Source of the DNA: a virus
Taxonomy: Duplodnaviria > Caudoviricetes
Reading direction: 5' to 3' (one strand)
DNA length: 40,595 nt
Virus record (IMG/VR): IMGVR_UViG_3300049483_000094
Span: 1 to 40,595 of that record
Under the pieces are notes generated by a model. That model saw nothing but the letters and a program-made list of their open reading frames with translations, was not told where the DNA came from and ran no database searches. Below, piece after piece: positions 1 to 6,365 of the stretch; within the stretch, counting starts at the first letter, position 1, and every line of letters begins with the position of its first letter. Position numbers and translations under genes: made by a program.

Positions 1-53
1 GGACCATGCGGCGGCCCATGCGGCGGACCATGCGGCGGCCCATGCGGCGTCCC
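1..53. repeat. Terminal direct repeat, identical to 40543-40595; probable circular-assembly overlap
   Basis: ggaccatgcggcggcccatgcggcggaccatgcggcggcccatgcggcgtccc occurs at both ends, and the ORF crossing the join stays in frame. Confidence 0.85.
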
Positions 54-507
54 GTGCGGCGGCCCATGCGGCGTACCGTGCGGCGTCCCGTGCGGCGTCC
101 CGTGCGGCGGACCATGCGGCGTCCCGTGCGACGTCCCGCATTGATTCATCACCTGTCTCTAAATAATCCTTAACAACCTGCGGGGCGGACCGTGCGGCGG
201 ACCATGCGGCGGCCCATGCGGCGGCCCGCATTGATTCATCACCTGTCTCTAAATAATCCTTAACAACCTGCGGGGCGGCCCATAGGTTGATCACCTGGGA
301 CGCACACCAGCGCGCAAACGAGCGCATGATGTCATCTCCTATGAAACCATCGCGCAGTACAACCCACAGTCGATCATCCGGCGGGCAGGCTTCGACGCTC
401 AGAATATCTAGCGCCGTTCCTGTCCAGTCCTCAGGTAAGAATTTTGACGGGTCGTAGCATGGATCAAGCGCTCGAATGTCGTTGATGGTCAAAGTTTTAA
501 GTGTCAT
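1..507 (-). CDS. Ala/Trp/Arg tetrapeptide-repeat protein (possibly Imm5-like), 5' part; continues across the join to 40243 (268 aa total)
   Basis: Manual translation from ATG 507 (GAGG upstream): MTLKTLTINDIRALDPCYDPSKFLPEDWTG...RSFARWCASQVINLWAAPQVVKDYLETGDESMR then AAW/AAR repeats, with no stop before position 1. Confidence 0.8.
   Translation of the reverse strand, partial: MTLKTLTINDIRALDPCYDPSKFLPEDWTGTALDILSVEACPPDDRLWVVLRDGFIGDDIMRSFARWCASQVINLWAAPQVVKDYLETGDESMRAAAWAAAWSAARSAPQVVKDYLETGDESMRDVARDAAWSAARDAARDAARYAAWAAARDAAWAAAWSAAWAAAWS
135..278. repeat. Two of three exact 54-bp direct repeats (135-188, 225-278; third at 40479-40532) embedded in 12-bp tandem units
   Basis: cccgcattgattcatcacctgtctctaaataatccttaacaacctgcggggcgg is repeated exactly and encodes APQVVKDYLETGDESMR on the minus strand. 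Confidence 0.95.
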
Positions 508-524
508 GTTTACCTCGTTTTCCA

Positions 525-620
525 TTACAGCCCCCTGATCGCGCACTCAAGCGCGATGGCGACTACGGCGATGCAGACCAACACGATACTGATCACGCGG
601 CGCGCTTGCGGTTCGGTCAT
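525..620 (-). CDS. 31-aa single-pass membrane peptide
   Basis: MTEPQARRVISIVLVCIAVVAIALECAIRGL; ATGA overlap with the upstream stop; GAGGTG RBS; below the ORF-track cutoff. Confidence 0.55.
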   Translation of the reverse strand: MTEPQARRVISIVLVCIAVVAIALECAIRGL

Positions 621-1066
621 CCGTCCACCTCGCCGCCCAAGCCATCGAGCGCCTGACCCAGCGGCGTCTCGGCATTATAATCGTTGAGCGCACTCATTGC
701 CTGTTGCTCTGCTTGCTCTGCCAGGTCCATCTCCGCGATGTGTTTCATCGGAATGCGTGCAACATTGGCGCGGAGCGCAATCGTCATGTTTTTTAGCGCC
801 GCCCTCAGCCGCTTGACTTCGGCGTCCAGTTCGTCGCTCCGGTCGATGACCGACTTCACCGCCTCAATGGTGCTGGTGTCGGTCCCGCACATCTCATTAA
901 TTGCGCGGTGGATGGCGTCATTCTCGGCGGCGAAGGCGTTGGCCTCGGCTTCGGCGGTTTCGGCGCGTTGTGCGTAATCAGCGATTGTATGCGCGATCTC
1001 GTTGTATCCGTCGCCAGTGTTGAACTTTGCGATTGTATAACTCAATGCCTCATCGTAGTGCATCAT
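617..1066 (-). CDS. Hypothetical coiled-coil phage protein
   Basis: 149-aa ORF with AGGAG RBS and heptad-rich segments. Confidence 0.7.
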   Translation of the reverse strand: MMHYDEALSYTIAKFNTGDGYNEIAHTIADYAQRAETAEAEANAFAAENDAIHRAINEMCGTDTSTIEAVKSVIDRSDELDAEVKRLRAALKNMTIALRANVARIPMKHIAEMDLAEQAEQQAMSALNDYNAETPLGQALDGLGGEVDG

Positions 1067-1117
1067 GTCCTAGTTCTCCTGTTTCCGCCGTGTCGCACTC
1101 ACGGCGGGGTGGGTGGG

Positions 1118-1963
1118 TTAGGCGGGTACTTCCGCAGTCTGCTCTTGCGCGTGCTGCACCAAGTCGGCCAGCACTTGCGCCATGTTGTCATCGGTAATCT
1201 CGGTGTAGCCGATCTTGGCGACCGATGCGGTTACGTGCCAGCCGTTGATCTCGCCGTCCTTGTCGTTGTAGTAGGCGGTCTTGGCTTGCAGGTCGGCCAG
1301 CATCTTCGGGAAGTTCGGCGTTTTGATTACGGCGCGTTTGACGTTCGCGCCGTTCGTCGTCTTAGGCGCGGGCTTTTGCACCGGATCGTCATGACTTTCG
1401 TCGGCCTGATCTTCTGGCTTTACTTTCGTCACGGTTACGGGCTGCGCGATGATCTCGCCGTCCTCGTCAACGATTTCTCCAAGTTCTTCGGGCGTGTAGA
1501 TCGGGCCGCCGAACACATCTGCACAGAACCACTTTGCGCCGTTACTCATGGCGCGGGCGAACAGCATATTGCGTGGGAATTTGTCCATGTTCTGTGTGCT
1601 TGCTTTGGCGGCGTCGGATTTAGTGAAGGTTGACACGCCGATCAATTCGCGCTGCCCGGCTGTGCGCTCGTAAAATTCGATGGTGCATTCCTGCTCGGTC
1701 ATCACCTTGACGCGGTAATCATAGCGCCCGCTGCGCTTGACGGCGGAGGCGATCAGATTCGCGCCCATACTAACGCGACCCTTGATGATGTTGATGCCCG
1801 TCATGCTGGCAACAGGCCCGAAGCCCATTTCACGACCTGCCAGAACTTTGACAACCGCTTGCGCGGCGTCTCGTGCATCGTTGAAGTAGCCTGATTTGGC
1901 GAGGACTGTGCCCAGGTCCATCATGCTCATATCGTCTCGGATCGTCAATGCTTGATTATTCAT
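1118..1963 (-). CDS. RecT-like single-strand annealing recombinase
   Basis: AKSGYF...AVVKVLAGREMGFGP...INIIKGRVSM...KFPRNMLFARA...GPIYTPEEL resembles phage RecT-like annealases; acidic linker C-terminus; AAGGAG RBS. Confidence 0.7.
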   Translation of the reverse strand: MNNQALTIRDDMSMMDLGTVLAKSGYFNDARDAAQAVVKVLAGREMGFGPVASMTGINIIKGRVSMGANLIASAVKRSGRYDYRVKVMTEQECTIEFYERTAGQRELIGVSTFTKSDAAKASTQNMDKFPRNMLFARAMSNGAKWFCADVFGGPIYTPEELGEIVDEDGEIIAQPVTVTKVKPEDQADESHDDPVQKPAPKTTNGANVKRAVIKTPNFPKMLADLQAKTAYYNDKDGEINGWHVTASVAKIGYTEITDDNMAQVLADLVQHAQEQTAEVPA

Positions 1964-2339
1964 GGTCGGCTCCTTTGTCGGCGTTGATGCTGCGCTGGTC
2001 GGTTGTGTTGCACTTGTCGAGGAACGTCTGCCAATCGTTCGCGGGGGTCGCCTCGCCCATCAACTTCGGCAGGCTGACATACTTCGGTGCAGGCCCAGCG
2101 GCGTCGGCGTTGCGGGCGGCAATGAGGCCGTCATAGAAGGCCTGCCCGTAGTCAACCCGCTCCGGCAACTTCGCGCACAGCCTGCCCAGCAGCAGGTCAA
2201 CATCGTTGCGCTGGCCGGGCTTGACTTCGCTCAACACCGCGTCGATCTGGTCAACCGCTTGATCGTTGATGTAGTCGGCGGTAACATTCGTGATGGCTTC
2301 GCGTGCGGAGATCAGTTGGTTGATAGTATTGTCGTTCAT
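1956..2339 (-). CDS. Hypothetical protein
   Basis: 127-aa ORF overlapping both neighbours in the early operon. Confidence 0.7.
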   Translation of the reverse strand: MNDNTINQLISAREAITNVTADYINDQAVDQIDAVLSEVKPGQRNDVDLLLGRLCAKLPERVDYGQAFYDGLIAARNADAAGPAPKYVSLPKLMGEATPANDWQTFLDKCNTTDQRSINADKGADHE

Positions 2340-2509
2340 TTCTGCGCATCCTTCACCGCGACCGTCACGCTGACGCCGCTGCGGAGGTGCTCGACAATCA
2401 TGTCGTCTGTTTCCTCGAAGTTGCCGGTCGGGTTCAGTTGGCGATAGTCTTCAATCGTCGCCTGAACCTGTTCGCCGTATCGCTCACTGATGTTGGTGTA
2501 GGTGTTCAT
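2336..2509 (-). CDS. 57-aa hypothetical protein
   Basis: Manual translation MNTYTNISERYGEQVQATIEDYRQLNPTGNFEETDDMIVEHLRSGVSVTVAVKDAQK; ATGA overlaps at both ends. Confidence 0.7.
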   Translation of the reverse strand: MNTYTNISERYGEQVQATIEDYRQLNPTGNFEETDDMIVEHLRSGVSVTVAVKDAQK

Positions 2510-2697
2510 TTCTTGCCGTCCTTCTGCGCCTCGCGGCGCTGCTTCTCGCGCTCCAACTGCGCCAACACTTGCGCGATTGCGTATCGCACACCGCCAGCAT
2601 AATCCGTCATGCCGCTGGTCAATTCGTTCACGCGGGCCGCTTGCTTGCGGAGCGTGCCATCGTCGTCACTGATTACCATCTTCGCGCCTTTTGCCAT
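2506..2697 (-). CDS. 63-aa small basic protein, possible ribbon-helix-helix regulator
   Basis: GGGAGGA RBS before ATG 2697; short beta-like segment (KMVISD) followed by two helices; fold is inferred. Confidence 0.55.
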   Translation of the reverse strand: MAKGAKMVISDDDGTLRKQAARVNELTSGMTDYAGGVRYAIAQVLAQLEREKQRREAQKDGKK

Positions 2698-2743
2698 GTT
2701 TCCTCCCTGCGCGGATTGGCCGCCGCGCTCGGCTTGTGATTGG

Positions 2744-2926
2744 TTATGATTCGATTTCTGCCACGCTTTCGTCGTAGAGAGTTCGTCCGCCATCTTTCGT
2801 CCAGCCGCTTTCGTTGCCCTCGACATATTCAAACCCCGCCAAATCCATTGCCTGGTCAAACGTGAGTGACTGATTCGTGACGACCTCGCCGATTACTTCA
2901 CCGCTCTGCTTGTCTTTGATAACCAT
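2744..2926 (-). CDS. 60-aa acidic hypothetical protein, first gene of the leftward early operon
   Basis: AGGAGG RBS; lies directly downstream of a strong promoter. Confidence 0.7.
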   Translation of the reverse strand: MVIKDKQSGEVIGEVVTNQSLTFDQAMDLAGFEYVEGNESGWTKDGGRTLYDESVAEIES

Positions 2927-2964
2927 TTCCTGCCTCCTGTGTGTGTGTTTTGCTTCGTGACTAT

Positions 2965-2993
2965 AGTATATACCAAGTCTATACCAATGTCAA
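2965..2993 (-). promoter_or_regulatory. Strong sigma70-type leftward promoter containing a TATACCAA direct repeat (candidate operator)
   Basis: TTGACA (2993-2988), 17 bp, TATACT (2970-2965); TATACCAA at 2969-2976 and 2980-2987. Confidence 0.8.
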
Positions 2994-3030
2994 CAGTTTG
3001 GCATATTTTTTAAGGATTCTCATAATCGGT

Positions 3031-3059
3031 TTGCGCTTCCTGGGGCGGGGTGGTATAAT
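3031..3059 (+). promoter_or_regulatory. Rightward sigma70-type promoter with extended -10
   Basis: TTGCGC, 17 bp ending TGG, TATAAT. Confidence 0.75.
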
Positions 3060-3060
3060 G

Positions 3061-3170
3061 ACGGCGCTGAGGTTGCTGGTTGTTTTTGTTTCTACATCGC
3101 GCCCGAATCCGCACAAACGGCCAGCCCTCAGCAAGCAAGCCAGCGGAACGGGCGCGACCTATTTGGAGGG
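3061..3170 (+). promoter_or_regulatory. Structured 5' leader of the MTase gene; hairpin loop complementary to the sequence just before the RBS
   Basis: 3066-3085 pairs with 3115-3132; loop TCGCGCCCG (3097-3105) and TCCGC (3108-3112) complement CGGGCGCGA (3149-3157) and GCGGA (3143-3147). Confidence 0.6.
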
Positions 3171-3176
3171 CGTGAG

Positions 3177-4307
3177 ATGAGCGGCAATTTACAAGTCAGG
3201 CAGAATGGGCAGATTGCGCTTGGCGCGTTTGTCATCAATCCACGAGGGTTGACGGTTGCGGGAAATCCAACGTACGACGAATGGTATCAGGCCGGAGAGC
3301 GCCTTCGCTACCTGGAAGGCGCATTGATGTGGGCGATTGGCGATTGGCTGAACTACGGCGAGCAGAAGTACGGCGAGATGTACGCGCAAGCGATGGAGGC
3401 GACGGACTACAGTTATCAGACGTTGCGTGATGCCAAGTGGGTGGCGGGCGAGATTGTCTCGTCAACGAGACAATTCGACGTACCATTTGGGCATTATAAA
3501 GAGGTCGCCGCGCAAGAGCCAGAAGTACGCGACGAATTGTTAGCGGCTGCTGAGGCAGGCGGTTGGACGCAGAAGCAAATGCGCGAAGCGGTGCAGACAT
3601 ACAAGCGGGCAGAGATTCAAAGGCCGAATATTGATTCGCGTCCTGGCGTGACGCTGATTCAGGATGATATGCTGGCGGCGCTGTCATCGCTGGGCCGCTT
3701 CGATCTGGTCATTGCCGATCCACCGTATAACGTCACGGATTGGGAATGGGACGAGATTGGAACGCCGCAAGAGTTTATCGACTTAACCCGCGAGTGGTTG
3801 ACGGCGGTCAAGCGCGTCCTGAATGATCGCTACAATCTATTCTGGTTTTGTTCTCCGTCGTTTGCCGCTGACATCGAGATGGTCTTGCGTGAGTTGGGTT
3901 TGCCGATTCAATCCCGTATCGTGTGGCATCGGCGCAATATGGCGATGGGCAGCAAGGCCAAGAATAAGTTTGTCGATTCGTGGGAGATGATCTTCCACTG
4001 CGGCACGACTGAGTTAAACTTTCCGGCTGAATGGTCTGACGCGTGGTTTGATGTTCAGACGTTTGCTGTACCTCAAACAAACTTCACCGACGAGAAGTTG
4101 CACCCTACTCAAAAGCCGCTCGGATTGATCAAGCGGCTAGTTGAATTTGGGTCACATCCCGGTAACAGGATACTTGATCCATTTGCTGGCAGTGGTACAA
4201 CCGGAGAGGCGGCCAGGGATAGTGGCTGCGAGGTTGTGTTGATTGAGCGCGACTCTGAATATGCGAACATCATTGAACAAAGGCTAGGTATCCAGTGCCA
4301 GGCATAA
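3177..4307 (+). CDS. DNA N6-A/N4-C methyltransferase (beta class) with N-terminal LmbU-like domain
   Basis: WAIGDWLNYGEQKYGEMY is LmbU-like; DPPY, HPTQKP and LDPFAGSGTT appear in N6_N4_Mtase order. Confidence 0.9.
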   Translation: MSGNLQVRQNGQIALGAFVINPRGLTVAGNPTYDEWYQAGERLRYLEGALMWAIGDWLNYGEQKYGEMYAQAMEATDYSYQTLRDAKWVAGEIVSSTRQFDVPFGHYKEVAAQEPEVRDELLAAAEAGGWTQKQMREAVQTYKRAEIQRPNIDSRPGVTLIQDDMLAALSSLGRFDLVIADPPYNVTDWEWDEIGTPQEFIDLTREWLTAVKRVLNDRYNLFWFCSPSFAADIEMVLRELGLPIQSRIVWHRRNMAMGSKAKNKFVDSWEMIFHCGTTELNFPAEWSDAWFDVQTFAVPQTNFTDEKLHPTQKPLGLIKRLVEFGSHPGNRILDPFAGSGTTGEAARDSGCEVVLIERDSEYANIIEQRLGIQCQA

Positions 4308-4891
4308 GCCGGATCAACATTACCGAACAGTTACGGGGACGGGGCGCATATCGTTTTGATGAATCACGTCTAATGCAACCCTACGCAAACAAGTTGTATC
4401 GTGAGGCGTGGCAAGGATTAGGAACGCCACTTCTAACCGGTGATGAATTGCTTGATTGTACCTACGATGAATTTACAGCAGGCTATGATCACGCGTTGGG
4501 CATTGATGTGATATTCAACTTCGAGAACGGCGCGACTGGCACGCTGCAAGAGAAGTTCTTGTCAACAGATTACTACACCCTGACGGTTGAATACATGAAT
4601 GATTCGTCGCGCGGCATCAAGGGTGATTGGTTCACGATGAAGGCGCAATATTACTTTGTCGGGTACTACAACAAGAACAAGCGCGAGGCCGGATTTACTC
4701 AATGGGTGATCGTCAACTGGCCGATGTTGCAAATGAGTCCGGTAGCGTGGCGAGACAATCGAAACAAATTCGACGGGGCGCGGGCGAATTTCAAGTATAT
4801 TCCATTTGCAAACATCCCCCCCAATTGCCTGATTAGTAGTTACCTTGACAGGGTAAAACTTCCGACATTGCAGGCGCGTCTATTGCGTTGA
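4295..4891 (+). CDS. Putative PD-(D/E)XK-fold nuclease (restriction-endonuclease-like)
   Basis: DHALGIDV...TLQEKF is a candidate D...(Q/E)xK active site; overlaps the MTase stop. Confidence 0.5.
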   Translation: MPGISRINITEQLRGRGAYRFDESRLMQPYANKLYREAWQGLGTPLLTGDELLDCTYDEFTAGYDHALGIDVIFNFENGATGTLQEKFLSTDYYTLTVEYMNDSSRGIKGDWFTMKAQYYFVGYYNKNKREAGFTQWVIVNWPMLQMSPVAWRDNRNKFDGARANFKYIPFANIPPNCLISSYLDRVKLPTLQARLLR

Positions 4892-4898
4892 TCACTCC

Positions 4899-4920
4899 CG
4901 CTTGACTTAGGGTGTATAAT
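4899..4920 (+). promoter_or_regulatory. Candidate late promoter 1 (CGCTTGAC motif, 7-bp spacer to TATAAT)
   Basis: cgcTTGACTtagggtgTATAAT; same geometry as 15557-15578. Confidence 0.55.
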
Positions 4921-4924
4921 TTAG

Positions 4925-5000
4925 ATGGCGAGGCGGGCTGTGCCGTGCCGGTGACGGGGGCTTGGGAAGCCTGTGTACATGCGGCGAAACAGCCCGCCAT
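4925..5000 (+). promoter_or_regulatory. Multi-branched hairpin leader before the lysis region
   Basis: GGCGGGCTGT (4932-4941) pairs with ACAGCCCGCC (4989-4998); inner hairpins CCG-GTGA-CGG and GGCTT-GGG-AAGCC. Confidence 0.5.
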
Positions 5001-5020
5001 TAGCTTAACATGGAGGTGAT

Positions 5021-5299
5021 ATGGCAGAGCAAGACCCGATTCCGGTCATTAACTTGTATCGCGTCCTGACGTTCGTGATGATGCTGCTCAGCGGCTTGAC
5101 GGCGTTCTCAGTCGTGCCGGCAGCGGTTGCGCCGTGGCTCTCGCTCGCGGCGTTCGTCGTGTCTACCGGCCTGACGGTGTTCTTCAACGGCGCGAGCGTG
5201 ACGCAGCGCGTGGTAAACGCGACGATGCAGAAACTTGGCCGCGCACCTGGTCAAGTCATCAATGACACCAATGTAGATGATATGATTCAGCGGCATTAG
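5021..5299 (+). CDS. Holin-like two-TM membrane protein
   Basis: GGAGGTG RBS; two hydrophobic helices and a charged C-terminus; first gene of the lysis region. Confidence 0.6.
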   Translation: MAEQDPIPVINLYRVLTFVMMLLSGLTAFSVVPAAVAPWLSLAAFVVSTGLTVFFNGASVTQRVVNATMQKLGRAPGQVINDTNVDDMIQRH

Positions 5300-5404
5300 G
5301 CCGCTGTTTTGTTGTGCGGCTTGCGGCTGTCCTCCCCGTAGCCGCTGGGTGGTTGCAGCCCGCGCCGATGAACTGAGAGGCGTCGGCGCGGGCAGGGGTG
5401 GTAC

Positions 5405-5584
5405 ATGCGACACCGGATGCTGATGGTTTACGATGGTGATGTGCTGCACGCTTCATGCCCGTTTTGCGGGTATGCGTTTGACGTCGTCGATGGTGAGAAG
5501 ATTACGCGCACGCCTAACACATCGGGCGCGCAGCACTACGGCAGTACGGGTGAATTGGAAATCGTGACGGCACAAGCGGAGTGA
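5405..5584 (+). CDS. 59-aa CxxC (Zn-ribbon-like) protein
   Basis: Manual translation MRHRMLMVYDGDVLHASCPFCGYAFDVVDGEKITRTPNTSGAQHYGSTGELEIVTAQAE; AGGGG RBS. Confidence 0.6.
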   Translation: MRHRMLMVYDGDVLHASCPFCGYAFDVVDGEKITRTPNTSGAQHYGSTGELEIVTAQAE

Positions 5585-5895
5585 TTATGCAATTTGGATT
5601 CGGGCAATTCTTACAGGATGATGTACTACAACTTATCTCGCTAGTCGTTATCGTGATCGCGTTATCGATTTGGATAATGGTGATGCGGCATTCGCAACGC
5701 CCGCTATTATTCCTGCCGCCGATGGTCGCGCTGGCCGGTCATCTCGTTTTTTACATCATCATCCTGGTCGGCGATCTGTCGATTGCGGACGCTACATTCT
5801 TGAGCGCGACCCGCACATTACAAGACGTGCTCATGTGGACCATTTCAGGCGGAGTTATGTGGTGGTTCATCCGCAACAGGAAGTCTATATCTTGA
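5581..5895 (+). CDS. Three-TM membrane protein (holin/antiholin candidate)
   Basis: Three hydrophobic segments and a basic C-terminus (RNRK); start may be ATG 5587. Confidence 0.65.
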   Translation: MIMQFGFGQFLQDDVLQLISLVVIVIALSIWIMVMRHSQRPLLFLPPMVALAGHLVFYIIILVGDLSIADATFLSATRTLQDVLMWTISGGVMWWFIRNRKSIS

Positions 5896-6365
5896 ATATC
5901 CCTGATGTGATTCTCGCGGCCTTGCCGGGTACACTGGTGGCGATCCTTGGCGTGTTCGTTCAGTTGCGGCGCGAGCGTAATCTTCCCGACATTGACCGGT
6001 CGAATGCGGCGCTTACCACAACACAGATGGATAAGTTACGCGCCGAGATCGCCCGCGATCTGATGCTGGAAGTCCGAGCAGAAAATAAAGAGTTGAAAGT
6101 GCGGGTCGATGATCTGGAGTTTGCGCTCGATAAAGAGCGCGGTGAGCGGCGCACGGAACGCAATAATTTCCAGGCCGAACTTGAGACTGAACGGCGCGCC
6201 CGTTATGAGTTGGAATTGCGATTCCAGAAACTCGACCGGGAACACGCGGAATACAAGGTCGGGATCGGCTTGCTGTTGGGTCAGTTGGTGGATGCACAAC
6301 TTCAGCCGACGTGGAAACCGAAAGACACCGGGCCAATGGGCAAACTGCCAGAGGTGAATAAGTGA
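5892..6365 (+). CDS. N-terminal TM plus coiled-coil protein (lysis-associated)
   Basis: Likely TTG start at 5892 overlapping the previous stop; VILAALPGTLVAILGVFV helix followed by long heptad repeats. Confidence 0.65.
   Translation: MNIPDVILAALPGTLVAILGVFVQLRRERNLPDIDRSNAALTTTQMDKLRAEIARDLMLEVRAENKELKVRVDDLEFALDKERGERRTERNNFQAELETERRARYELELRFQKLDREHAEYKVGIGLLLGQLVDAQLQPTWKPKDTGPMGKLPEVNK

Noticed and set aside
135-278. Repeat-spacer-repeat pattern resembling a CRISPR array
   Set aside because: Repeats are 54 bp, the spacers are themselves tandem 12-mers, everything is in frame within a protein gene, and no cas genes are present
1085-1107. CCGCCGTG/CACGGCGG hairpin as a terminator
   Set aside because: No adjacent U-tract on the coding (minus) strand; may only stabilise the mRNA
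908-1633. 241-aa plus-strand ORF
   Set aside because: Antisense shadow of the RecT-like gene and its neighbour, with no RBS or motifs
4925-5000. Known metabolite riboswitch or tRNA
   Set aside because: No tRNA T-loop or CCA pattern and no riboswitch consensus that I can match; kept only as an unclassified structure
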